Below, in pieces: positions 26,515 to 38,914 of a stretch of DNA of 64,000 bases. Where the stretch lies: contig OX597815.1 in assembly GCA_951406725.2 (NCBI GenBank), forward strand, positions 144,398,001 through 144,462,000. Direction: 5' to 3'. The translations under genes were made by a program, and so were the position numbers. The notes below the pieces were generated by a model. The model was given only the letters and a program-made list of their open reading frames with translations, was not told the DNA's origin and made no database searches. The DNA comes from Octopus vulgaris. Its lineage: Eukaryota. The first letter of the stretch is position 1; each line of letters starts with the position of its first letter.

Positions 26515-26689
26515 TTCGTTTTGGGATTTGGTTTGCAAGATTCTTTATATGAGTTCGTGTGTTGAAGCATATTATGTTGTGTCTGGGGAGTCATTCTCTT
26601 TTAGAAAATAAGAAATAAGTGGAAATTTTACCGGTGAGTGTGTTAAATAATAAGGCACTAAAAGAGAATGACTCTCCCCAGACACAACA
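26515..26689. mobile_element. TSD-flanked tail + hairpin insertion (Penelope-like architecture)
   Basis: 12-bp TSD taaagtattaat (26503-26514 / 26690-26701); ~33-bp arms ttatgttgtgtctggggagtcattctcttttag / ctaaaagagaatgactctccccagacacaacataa. Confidence 0.55.
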
Positions 26690-26751
26690 TAAAGTATTAA
26701 TGCTATGTTAATATAGGACTGCATTAGCTAACATATCCTTTCCTTCTTTAA

Positions 26752-26967
26752 CTCTTTAGCATTTAAACTGGCTATATCAGGTACAAATACTGTACTTGTT
26801 TTATGATCAAACCAACCAGATCTAGCCTCTCACACCTACTCTACAATGTCATTGTAAAAATAAACAATCACATTATTGAAATTTCAAAGCTATGAGATAA
26901 TAATTAATTAAAAATGATGTGAATAAATAAGCATTACATTTGACAGAGTAATCTGAATGCTGGAGAG
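26752..26967. mobile_element. TTAA-inserting (piggyBac-like) MITE
   Basis: TTAA at 26748-26751 and 26968-26971; TIRs CTCTTTAGCATT / AATGCTGGAGAG. Confidence 0.8.
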
Positions 26968-27400
26968 TTAATGTAATGGAGTGTTGTTTGAGGGAGACTT
27001 GGTTGCTATTTCTACCCTGTCAAGTAACTACATAGCAGTAGCCTCATTGATTGGCCCCCTCACTGGTTGGATTGTTTAAATAGGTTTTGCTGAACACTGT
27101 TTTATGGTGATGTTACACGACCTCTGTGTAGGAAGTGAATACATTATGGTATGAATTATCTTTGTGTTTGGAATAAACTCAAGGAAGTGTCAGATTTATT
27201 GTACATCTGGTTGAAATTAAATATTTTGTACACCACTTATTTTGGTACTAGTGTATTTCACTGTATCATACTAATTGGATATATCCGTAAAGGTCTATAG
27301 CTATTCTGTACTAATTAATTATAATGGTTTTTATTGATTCAACTCTAATTAATTCTATGTAGATTAAGTATTGCAAAACCTAAAACAACACATCTAAATA

Positions 27401-27610
27401 CAGGGTGGGGGCAGAAAAACCTCCCATATTTTATACAGGTGCTAGTGTGATACTAGTGAAGATAGGCAAATGATAATCATGTTCTGATGTAGCTAATGGT
27501 TTACCGTTTTTGGTTCAGTTACTATCATGGTTTCAATTGATGCACATCTTATGTTTGTTGTTGAAACATTTGTCAACTTGAAAAATGTGGGAGGTTATTT
27601 TACTGTGCAT
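27401..27610. mobile_element. Tc1/mariner-type MITE, degenerate
   Basis: ta|cagggtgggggcagaaaaacctcccatattt pairs with aaatgtgggaggttatttt at ~27583. Confidence 0.4.
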
Positions 27611-28532
27611 ATTTTGAGGGAGACTGTCAACGTTTTAACATTCCAGGACTTTCCTACCATTGTCTATGTAAGAAAACTACTTGAGTACCAATACGGTATG
27701 GGTTAGGATTAGATAAATCTATTAATTTATATTTCTGTATTCACTTTCATTGTGAAATTAGACTCACAGGAGCGATTTTGGCAGTTTATGAATGACAAGT
27801 CTCCACATTGTAACCTAACCCAAACCCACACATATTTCAGTATTTACTGTTGAGATGTCGATCTTGTACTTTTATATAAAGGACCTTGTTTTGTTTATAT
27901 GTTAATAAACTTCTGCTTGGATCTCTAGCATTTTGGAAGCAAGGGTTGAGTAAATCTTGAAAAATTGTCTAACATCATTGAAACCAAATAGTTCAATCCT
28001 TGTTTCAAGCTACAGAAAATAACCCTCATGGGCCTATTATCACATGGAGAGACACTAAATTTGTATGGATATGAGTGTGTATATTTTATTTATTTAATAT
28101 AAAAAACAGATATCATGGCTGTGTGGTAAGAAGTTTGCTTTCCAACCACATGGTTCTGGGTTCAGTTCCACTGCATGGCACCTTGGTCAAGTATCTTCTA
28201 CTAAAGCCTGAGTTGACCAAAGCCTTGTGAGTGGATTTGGTAGATGGAAACTGAAAGAATATATATACATACATGTATATTTTTGTGTCAGTGTTTGTCC
28301 TCAAACCCCACGCCACTTGACAACCAGTGTTGGTTTGTTTATACCCCCATAACTTAGCGGTTCAGCAAAAAACATCAATAGAATAAGTACCAGGTTTAAA
28401 AAATACTGGTGTTGATTTCTTTGACTAAAAATTCAAGGCAATGCTCCAGCATGGTCCAAGTCTAAGGACTGAAACAAGTAAAAGGTAAGAGATCACCAAC
28501 AGTTCATAATACAATTCCTCTCAACAATTGTT

Positions 28533-29468
28533 GACTCTTTTACTTGTTTCAGTCATTTGACTGCAACCATGCTGGAGCATCACCTTTAGTTGAGCAAATC
28601 GACCCCAGGACTTATCTCTCTATATATATAAACGGCAGTTTGTCTGTGTGTGTTTCTGTGTGTCTGTTAGCTTGTACCCTCACCCTGACCACGGCTTTCA
28701 ACCGATTCTGATGAAACTTGACACACACATAGCCCAATGTCATAATTCAAAACTAACGCAGCGAAAATTTTGAAAAGTTCCCCCAGCTCTGAAAAAAATC
28801 GATAAATTCGACATGGGGTCGAGAATCAGAAACACAAACCACAGACTGTCTAGGGGACGCAACTCAACCTTTTTAACTAAAAAAAAAATTTACCATCATT
28901 TTTTTTCCATTTTTTGGCTATAACTCTCTAAAAATGCTTTATAGTTATTTCCCTTACAAACCCGAGCAACGCCGGGCGATACTGCTAGTTCTTTATAAGC
29001 CTAGTACTTATTCTGCCGAACTGCTAAGTTACGGGGATGTAAACACAACACCATCGGTTGTCAAGCGATGTTCGGGGACAAACACAGACACACAAGCATA
29101 TACACACACATACATATCTTTCTCCATCTTCCCGTCTTTGGACTGTTTCTATATTTCTGATGAAGAGCTCCGCTCAAAACATGATATCCTCTTTTCTCTC
29201 CTTTCCTGAGTGTCCAATAACACTACTTATTCCACGTCCTTGCGTTGTTGTTTTTTCTTGCTTGTTCTTGTTTGGATTAACTACATATATATACATACAC
29301 ATATATACAATGGGCTTCTTTCAGTTTCTGTCTACCAAATCCACTCACAAGGCTTTGGTCGACCTGAGGCTATAGTCGAAGACAATTGCCCAAGGTGCCA
29401 CATGGTGGGAATGAACCTGGAACCATGTGGTTGGTAAGCAAGCTACTTACTACACAGCCACTCCTGCA
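28533..29468 (-). mobile_element. Family A SINE interrupted by a Helitron and a Penelope-like fragment
   Basis: The SINE sequence ggacttA|Ttctttataagcc is rejoined when 28615-28988 is removed; a second insert lies at ~29117-29282. Confidence 0.85.
28615..28988 (+). mobile_element. Non-autonomous Helitron
   Basis: 5' TC, 3' hairpin cccgagcaacgccggg then CTAG; inserted exactly between A and T of a SINE with no TSD. Confidence 0.9.
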
Positions 29469-29528
29469 ACTGTCATTAAATTATGAGCTCTTTGCGAAGT
29501 TTAGGATTCTTCTGCTTTTTATTTTAAA

Positions 29529-29925
29529 CTAGCAGTATCACCCAGCGTTGCTTGGGTTTGTAAGGGAAATAACAATATAAGCATTTTTAGAGATGTAAAG
29601 TATAATAGCCATCTCAATATGGTTAACCACAAGGGAGGGGGTGTTACTGTAGCTTTTTACGTTCTGAGATTTAATAATAAATTTTTAGAGAGTTACTTCC
29701 CTTATATATGCCAAAAATGCATTAAAAATGGGAAAAATTGATGGTAAATTTTTTTTTAAATCGTAGACTCATCGTGGACGCGCGCTAATACCCAGAAGGG
29801 CTCGATATGAATCACGACTATAAGATACCCGGTTTTGGTTAAACTGCACCGCAAAATGTGGGAGTAGTTAGGAATCTAAATCGTAGGAGACAGACAGCAC
29901 ACAACCTCACTTTTATATATAAAGA
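29529..29925 (-). mobile_element. Non-autonomous Helitron
   Basis: On the minus strand: A|TCTTTATATATAAAAG...cccaagcaacgctgggtgatactgCTAG|T. Confidence 0.88.
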
Positions 29926-30220
29926 TATGAATGATTGTTTTAGTCAATTATTTTTTTTATTAATTCTTTTACTAGTTTCAGTCCAAGAGCTGTGACCATA
30001 CTGGGGCACCACCACTAGCTTTGCTGCACCTTCACTACTTGAAACCCTCTCTGACATGTGGCATTTGTTGAATGAGGGAGTTTGATGTTGCTGCCCTCAT
30101 CTGCACTTCCTACCATGAGGTAGGTTCATCAAGAGCTCCCATGTAGGTTTCTCAGGCTTTTTGGGAGGATATTGAAGAGCTGTGGGCAAATAATATAAAT
30201 TTTGACCTACTGTAAAAAAG

Positions 30221-30222
<2 letters not shown>

Positions 30223-30260
<38 letters not shown>

Positions 30261-30756
30261 TGTAGTTGTGTGAGTGTCTGTCCCCTTCGATTTAGATTCC
30301 TAACTCCTCCCACATTTTGCAGTGCAGTTTAACCAAATTCAGGTATCTTATAGTCGTGATTAATATCGAGCCCGTCTGGCTATTAGCGCGCGTCTACGAT
30401 GAGTCTACGATTTTAAAAATAATTTAACATCATTTTTTATTCCATTTTAATGCATAATTTTTCGGGTGTCGATGGCGGCGGAGTTGGCGTCCACGCTCAA
30501 ACACCTGCACCTGTGTTTGCTTCTCCCCCTTCTTCCCTCGTGAAGCTGTGGGGAAAGGAGTTTAAGGAAATCAACGTCGTAATGCGTTGTCAAGGAGACC
30601 AGCGTTCTTTTAGAACAACGACTTCATGGCTTGAAGACACCAAAACAGAAATGGCTAAGAAAGCCCGAATTGGCATCTATAAGGGAAGTAACTCTCTAAA
30701 AATGCTTATATAGTTATTTCCCTTACAAACCCGAGCAACGCCGGGCGATACTGCTA

Positions 30757-30757
<1 letters not shown>
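30223..30757 (+). mobile_element. Non-autonomous Helitron with extra internal segment
   Basis: 5' half similar to the 29529-29925 copy; same 3' hairpin + CTAG|T at 30754-30758; 5' TC obscured by (TA)n. Confidence 0.85.
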
Positions 30758-30800
<43 letters not shown>

Positions 30801-30908
30801 TTGAATGGTGCTTTTTTAGTGCCACCAGCACAGGAGCCAGTCAGGTGGCATTGTGTGTGTGTGTATGTATATATGTATATATATATATATATATATCCTG
30901 TATGTGTG

Positions 30909-30941
<33 letters not shown>

Positions 30942-30943
30942 TG

Positions 30944-31018
<75 letters not shown>

Positions 31019-31020
<2 letters not shown>

Positions 31021-31389
31021 TCTTTTACTTGTTTCAGTCATTTGACTGCGGCCATGCTGGAGCACCGCCTTTAGTCGAGCAAATCGACCCCAGGACTTAT
31101 TTTTTGTAAGCCCAGTACTTATTCTATCGGTCTCTTTTGTCGAACTGCTAAGTGACGGGGACGTAAACACACCAGCATCAGTTGTCAAGCAATGCTAGGG
31201 GGACAGACACACACACACATACATATATACGACAGGCTTCTTTCAGTTTCCGTCTACCAAATCCACTCACAAGGCATTGGTCGGCCCGGGGCTATAGAAG
31301 ACACTTGCCCAAGATGCCACGCAGTGGGACTGAACCCGGAACCATGTGGTTGGTTAGCAAGCTACTTACCACACAGCCACTCCTGCACC
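31019..31389 (-). mobile_element. tRNA-derived SINE, family A
   Basis: Full head, body and tail as at 3211. Confidence 0.9.
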
Positions 31390-31404
31390 ATATATATATA
31401 TATA

Positions 31405-31830
31405 TGCTTAGTGGTTAGAGCATCAGGCTCAATCATGAGGTAGTGAGTTCAATTCCCAGACCTGGCTGTGCCATGTTTTTGAGCACTGGTCAAGGCACAT
31501 GGCTCAGTGGTTAGAGTGTTAGGCTTGCAATCATGAGGTAGTGAGTTCGATTTCTGGACCAGGTTGTGTTTTTTTTTTTTTTTTTTAAGAAGACACTTTA
31601 TTCCACGTTGCTTCAGTTCACTTAGCTGTAGAAATGAGTTGCGACATCACTGGTGCTAAGCTGTATTGGTCCCTTTGCCTTTCCCTTGGTAAATATAAGT
31701 GGTGTTGAGAAGAGAGGCTGGTATGCATGGGTGACTGCTGGTCTTCCATAAACAACCTTGCCTAGACTTGTGCCTCAGAGGGTAATATTTTAGGTGCAAT
31801 CCCAAGGTCATTCTTGACTGAAGGGGGTCT
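31405..31830 (+). mobile_element. tRNA-derived SINE(s) with two successive tRNA-like heads
   Basis: agtggttagag...gagttcaattcc (~31409) and tggctcagtggttagag...gagttcgatt (~31500), followed by a gacactttattccacgttgcttcagttcacttagctgta body. Confidence 0.7.
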
Positions 31831-31853
31831 TTATTATTTGTGAGTGTGTGTGT

Positions 31854-31889
<36 letters not shown>

Positions 31890-31890
<1 letters not shown>

Positions 31891-32266
31891 TGGAGGCCCA
31901 GTAGTTAGGGCAGAGGGCTCATGATAGTAGGATCGCAGTTTCGATTCTCAGACTGGGCTTTGTGAGTGTTTATTGAGCAAAAACACCTAACATTTCACGA
32001 GGCTCCGGCAGGGGGTGGTGGCAAAACCCTACTGTATTCTTTCACCATAACTTTCTCTCACTCTTTCTTCCTGTTTCTGTTGTACCCATATTTCAAAGGG
32101 CCAGCCTTGTCACACTCTGTGTCATGCTGTTTCTCCCTGAGAACTACTTTAAGGGTGCACATAATTGTGGAGTGCTCAGCCACTTGCACATTAATTTCAC
32201 GAGCAGGCAGTTCCGTTGATTGGATCAAGTGGAACCCTTGTCGTCGCAACCAACAGAGGGCCATGA

Positions 32267-32268
<2 letters not shown>
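31890..32268 (+). mobile_element. tRNA-derived SINE, family E head
   Basis: ggcccagtagttagggcag...gtttcgattc...gtgagtgtttattgagcaaaaacacctaa, shared with 36885-37175. Confidence 0.7.
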
Positions 32269-32303
<35 letters not shown>

Positions 32304-32866
32304 CTTTGAGTTTGTTTATGGGAAATGTTTTGAATAGGCATATAAAAGATCTTATTTTATTTTGCCGGCTACAGCTCAAAGATGCCAACTGGTAACACCA
32401 GTTTTTAGGGTCACATCAAGCTGTACCAATATAATGTAACATAAATATTGTAGTAGTAGTAGTAGTAATAATAATAATAATCCATGGATGGAATTTATGA
32501 GTATTTTATTTTCATCTACCAAACCCACTTACAAAGCTTTGGTTGGCCCGAGGCTATAGTAGAAGACAATTACCCAATGTGACATGCAATAGAAGTGAAC
32601 ACTGAACCATGTGTTTGGGAAGCAAGCTTCTTACCACATAACCACCCCTGCACTTATATGATCATATCATCCATTTAAAACACATATTGTTGTGATAAAC
32701 ATCTTCTCTCATTCATCAACAACATAATTTTTTTTTTTTGCAATTCTACATCACTGTAAAGGAATCTAGTCTTATAGGCTTGGGTGTGAGTCTGTCTGTC
32801 TATTTATTTATGTATCTATCAGCTGATTTATCTGTCTGTCTAAACACCAGTGAGTGTGTGCAAGTG

Positions 32867-32919
<53 letters not shown>

Positions 32920-33410
32920 GTATGCACAGTGTTCCTATAGCATAGTTGGAAATTATCTAGTGCACCAGAAACCAGAGTTTCTTCAAATGTATATGTTTTT
33001 GTGTTTATAAGTATCAGAGGTTAGGATTCTGCATATAGAAAAGAAAAGAAGAAAAAATATATGGGGTAAAGATTTTAAAGTTTTGACTTCCTTTTGAGAA
33101 TTTTTATTTCCAGATTTATGTTTTTGTAGATCTAAGATTAAGATTCTTCGCAAATGTAGGTAAGTTTTTCATACATTAATCTGAAAAAAATTTGGAGAAA
33201 ATGTAAAAACTTGAAAATTAAGGTGGGGTGGGGTGCAGGTGGGAACTCCTTCCCACCCCCATTCTCTTTTTGTTGCTGAATTGGTTGTGTGTGTGTGTAT
33301 ATGACTATTGACTAGACTATCAAATGTTGTTATACATCACTCGTTACAATGTGTTTCCTTGTATTGTTGAAGCTTTTGAATAATGCTACCCTGCTGGCTA
33401 GGCAGGTATG

Positions 33411-33444
<34 letters not shown>

Positions 33445-33949
33445 TGTATGTATTTTCTTTTATTCTTTTTCTTGTTTCAGTCATTTGACTGCAACCATGC
33501 TGGAGCACTGCATTGAAAGGTTTTAGTCAAACAAATCGATCCCAGAACTTATTTCTTAAGCCTAGTACTTATTCTATTCTATCAGTCTCTTTTGGTGAAC
33601 TGCTAGGTTACAGGGATATAAACACACCAACACCGGTTGTCAAGATGCAGGTACAATTAAAGACACACACACAGATATATATGTACATATATATACAATA
33701 GACTTCTTTCAGTTTCCATCTACCAAATACACTGACAAGGCTTTGGTTGGCCTGAAGCTATAGTAGAAGACACTTTCCCAAGGTGCCATGCAGTGGGACT
33801 GAACCCAGAACCATGTGGTTGGGAAGTAAGCTTCTTATTACACAGCCACACCTGTGCATATATATATATACACACACACACATAAACGTGCACACACACA
33901 CATACATCATCATCATTGTTTAAACTCTTTTCCATGCTGGCATAGGTTG

Positions 33950-34281
33950 GACGATGGCCGAAAAGTAGGTTTACATTTATCATGTAGGCACTTTAAATTT
34001 GTTTTAAAACATTTCATTACAATGATAAATCTCAGAGCGAGTTATAAACAGTAGCGGTAACACATCATGATGCATATTTGCCATATTCAAATGGCAAATA
34101 TCATTTCATTACATTTAAATTTCTTTCTATCTTACAAACTGAAAAGGGAGCTTGACAAAATTAACTAAATTAGCAAAGAATAATGGTTTCATTTTTTTTA
34201 ATAATTAAGATCTGAACTATTAATATATGAATGCGAAAGAAATGGTTGAATAACTGTAGATCTACTTTTGGGCCATCTTAT
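33950..34281. mobile_element. Tc1/mariner-type MITE
   Basis: gatggccgaaaagtaggtttaca (~33952) is the inverted match of tgtagatctacttttgggccatc (~34255); the right end abuts TA. Confidence 0.5.
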
Positions 34282-35542
34282 ATATACACACACACATGCA
34301 CAATGCTTAAAACATAAACATCCAAAGAAACAATGGTTTTTTGGCACACTAGAAATTTCAAACTCTCTTGGAATGCCTGTATGTATGTATGTATGTGTGT
34401 GTGTGTGTGTGTTGTCTTCCGTCCCCCTTCTTTTTCTCATATACACTGTATATCTAGTATGTTTACATACACACACACTTTTTCTGTATGTATCTCTTAT
34501 CCTCAAACCCATACAATTCCCACGTTGTTGTTGTGATATATTTTCGTACTGGTCAACTTCCACCTTCCCCTGTACCCTGTAATCTTATCTACCCAGTCAC
34601 ACCCTTGCATATTCCCTACCCATATTCCGACAATAAATGTTTATGGTAACTTATGCTGTAGAAGTCTAGAAATCTATGGCCTTATCCAGAGAAAATGTTA
34701 CAAAGAAGCTAAGATGGGTGGGTGTTCTAGCTCATTCCCCCATCTTTTCTTTTTTGTGTGTGATGTGTGATGTGTGTGTGTGTGTGTGCGTGTGCATTTT
34801 GTTTTTGGCATTTCATTTGCTTTTAGGAATCATTTATTTGGTAGTATCTAGTTTTCTCATGTCTGTAGAGTTGTGGTTCATTCTTGGTTAGAAATGCTGC
34901 CTAACATTTGAGATGTTCATGCTGTATGCAACATATACCAGCACTGTCATAAATACATACAATACAAACATGTGTGTGTGTGCATGCATGCATGTGTGTA
35001 GGTGCAGGTATGGTAGTGTGGTTAAGAAGCTTGCTTCTCAACCATTTAATCTTGTGTTCAATCCTACTGTATGGCATCTGGGGCAAGTGACTTCTACTAA
35101 AGCCTTAGTCCAACCAATGTCTTGAGAGCAAATTTGGTAGATAGAAACTGAGAACTTGTCATGTATATGAATGTGTGCACTAGGCTATGAAACAACAGAT
35201 CTGCATAGAAACAGAAGAATGCTTGGGTTTTCCCCAAAACAAACAGAAGAGACTGATTTGCATATTCCAGGGATTCTCTGTCAGCAGTTCCTGGGTTGAG
35301 CATAGGAAAACAATCATATACACATATGGAATACACACAAGTGCAAGTTTATTCAAACACACACACATATATGCACACATCAACCTGTTCAGGTAACCAC
35401 AAATCACAAGAGCTCACTTGCTTTAAACTAAAGAGACTTGCCATTTTGCTAGTGACTGGCTTGAATTACTATGAATGAAAAACACTTAAAATAATCCTAA
35501 AGAAACATACGCACATATTATGTACATATATCTGCCTGCATT

Positions 35543-35573
<31 letters not shown>

Positions 35574-35599
35574 GGTATTGGTATCTATTTAACCAGTGG

Positions 35600-36026
35600 A
35601 ACATTAAAAGCACCATCCGAGCATGATCGTTGCCAGGGCTGCTGACTGGCTCCCATGCTGGTGGCATGTAAAAAGCACCATTTGAGCGTGATCATTGCTA
35701 GTGTCACATTAGTGGCACGTGAAAAACAACATTTGAGCATGATTGTTGCCAGTGTTGCCTTACTGGCACATGTGCCAGTCGCATGTGAAAAACGTTTGAG
35801 TGTGGTCGTTGCCAGTACCGCCCGACTGGCCCTTGTGCCGGTGGCATGTAAAAGTATCCACTACACTCTCGGAGTGGTTGGTGTTAGGAAGGGCATACAG
35901 CTGTAGAAACTTTGCCAGATCAGATTGGAGCCTGGTGCAGCCTTCTGGCTTGCCAGTCCCCAGTCAAACCATCCAACCCATGACAGCATGGAGAGCAGAT
36001 GTTAAACAACGATGATGATGATGATC
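35600..36026 (+). mobile_element. RTE LINE 3' UTR copy with internal tandem subrepeats and (ATG)n tail
   Basis: Repeated gccag...tggcatgtaaaaagcaccatttgagcgtg units followed by the conserved terminal block. Confidence 0.75.
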
Positions 36027-36884
36027 AATATGAAAGATTACCATGGCATAAATTTAGAGCATATTTCTGGTGTTGTGTGCATATGTTTCAAAACAGGGAC
36101 TATTTTGTGGAACATTCCCATCAAAATTTCCACCAAATGCAAGTAAAATTGACCAGATATTGTTATTTGGGACAAAAAGGGGAATTATATTTTGTTATAA
36201 AAATCAGTCATGCTCTATATGTGAAAAAGAATATTAATGGACAACTGTTTTGAAACCTACCACTTTCCAGCACAGTCTATTTATACCCATAATTATTGTA
36301 CAGTTGGCAATGTGGAAGTTTTGTGAAGCTGGGTTTTTCAGGCATGGGATTGGAACAGCTCTTTTTTTTTATCATTCAATCTTATATGTAAGATTTACTG
36401 AAACTTCAATCTGGAACTCCTCACTATTGCTGTTAACAAAATTCCATCAATGAAGCTTTGTTTCTTTGTTAAAAACTAACTTAATTCTTTGATTGAAAAA
36501 GAAAGATAACATGCATATATACAAGCATCTCTTTACTGTTGTTATCTCAATTCTAATAATGGAACTTTGTTTCTTAGTTCCAACCCATTCTTTATACAAA
36601 GATTTCAAAGAATTAATAAAGGAAGAGATATGTCTGTACATATTAACATCCATACAAACTTACATACGTACCAACAAACATGAGCATATGACTAGGAAGT
36701 GTTGCCAGTGATAACTGTGAAGTAAGATAAAACATCTGTCTGTTTGGTGATACAAATAGGAAAATTCAAAACACTAGGATATATATATATATAAATAGAA
36801 AATTTAGACAAGTATGTATAAAAGTCTAATAAAAAACAAAATCCATCTCCTACTATCAATTAATAATATATATATATATATATT

Positions 36885-37175
36885 TCTGCACTTTCAGCTC
36901 AGAGCTGTGGCCATGCTGATACACCGCTGTTAAAAAGTTTTACCACACCATAGTGGGTTACACCATGGTTCCTCTGCTTTGTGGCAGAAGTAGGAAGAAA
37001 GAGTGAGACAAAATTGTGCTGAAAGAGTATAGCGGGGTTCACCCCCTCCCGCCGGAGCCTCGTGGAGCTTAGGTGTTTTTGCTCAATAAACACTCACAAT
37101 GCCCGATCTGGGAATGGAAACTGCGTTCTTACGACTGCGAGTCCGCTGCCCTAACCACTGGGCCATTGCACTTCC
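36885..37175 (-). mobile_element. tRNA-derived SINE, family E head with family A-type tail
   Basis: Minus strand tggcccagtggttagggcagcggactc... head; tail cagcatggccacagctctgagctgaaa. Confidence 0.7.
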
Positions 37176-37916
37176 ATATTCAATATTTGATTTGTAAAAG
37201 TTCTTGAGACTCAAGGGCCAAGTTTTGTGTATTGATTCTTATGGTTTCAAATTATGAATATTATGTTTACACCCCACTCTCTCTCTCTCTATCTATCTAT
37301 CTATAAAACAAATACATGTATATCATATACCAAACAACAGAAATTATTTAGCTCAAACTCTGGAAGATGTGTCACAGATGGCAACAGAAATCAGGTCATA
37401 TAAGAAGGGGAGATAAACACAAGAATCAAGAATTCCCCAAAGTTGACAAGTCACTAAGGAAAAGAAGACAGCCATGGATTCATGTTTCTGCCTCAATAGG
37501 TGTCATCAGTATGATGACAATTGTTCTAATTAATCTCCAGTCAATAAAGAATCTAGATTTATACAAAAAGAGAGTGGAACATATTTATGGCCAAGGAAAT
37601 TTGATTAAGTGAAACAAAAATGAGCTTAATGAAATGATTCAGAAAGGCCAATACCACATTTTTGAACAACATAAACAAATACAGGTATACCAAATACCAT
37701 ACAAAACAAATTCTTGATTTATTAAAATCTCATATACATATATAGGTACTGATGTGGCTGAGTAGCTCACTTTGCAACTACAAGGTTTCAAGTTCAATCT
37801 CACTGCACGGCACCTTTTACTATAGCCCAGGGCTGACTGATGCCTATGTGAGTAAATTTGGGACATAGAAACTGTGTGGAAGCTTGCCATGTATATATAT
37901 ATATATATATAAAGAT

Positions 37917-37986
<70 letters not shown>

Positions 37987-38242
37987 CTTTGTGCCTGTGA
38001 TTTGATTGTCACCACTTGACAATGGGTGTTGGTTTGTTTACACCCCCATAACTTGGCAGTTCAGCAAGAGAGAGAGAGGAAGAGAGAATAAGGACCAGAT
38101 GTACAAAAAAAAAAAGAGTATTGGGGTTGATTTGTTTGACTAAAATCCTTCGAGGTGATGCTCCAGTATGGCCACAGTTCAATAACTGAAACAAGTACAA
38201 GTAAAAGGTATGTACATGTGTATGTATGTGTGCATATATGTA

Positions 38243-38289
<47 letters not shown>

Positions 38290-38914
38290 TTGTGTGTATA
38301 TATGTGTGTTTGTGTGTATATATGTGTGCATGTATTCCTGTAACTTCATTGTTTTTATTCCTAACACCATTCAATATATTTTCCATGAACAATTTACACT
38401 AAACATGTCTTGTACATAGTTTGTTGAACTCTGATGTGTGATGGAAGGTAAGCTGTGTTTATGTTTATGCATGCATGTGTGTATGCAAATTTATATATGT
38501 ATGGGAGAGAGAGAAAGGGAGAGTGTGTGTGTGTGCGCATGCATGCATTAATTTGTGTGTAAGTGTGCGTGAAGACAGTACTGGCTGCTGAAATATGCAG
38601 GAGTATTGCTCATAGGTGAGTGGTAGGGCTAGACGTAGGCACAAAGAAGAACAAAATGAAACAAACAAACAAATAATATTCTGCTGCGCCTGTGTGGCAG
38701 ATATTTACTGCTTCCACCCTTTCTACATCGTGACCCAACTCCGTATGAGGCGAGTTTGGTTTGCTGTAGAATCTATCTTTAGATTCCACATCAACCAACA
38801 GTCAACGTCTGCAAACACCACCACAGATATCATTTGAGTAAAGAAATGGTAAGTTCACATTAACCCTTTAAGCATTCTTATTATTCTTTCAAATCTGATG
38901 CTTCTTTTCTTTAC

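Noticed and set aside
28700-28720. ctgatgaaac resembling a hammerhead core
   Set aside because: No helix II between CTGATGA and GAAA; part of the Helitron body.
30801-31188. [12 protein letters not shown] ORFs (also 38009-38419, 50295-50663 and others)
   Set aside because: Dinucleotide microsatellite translations.
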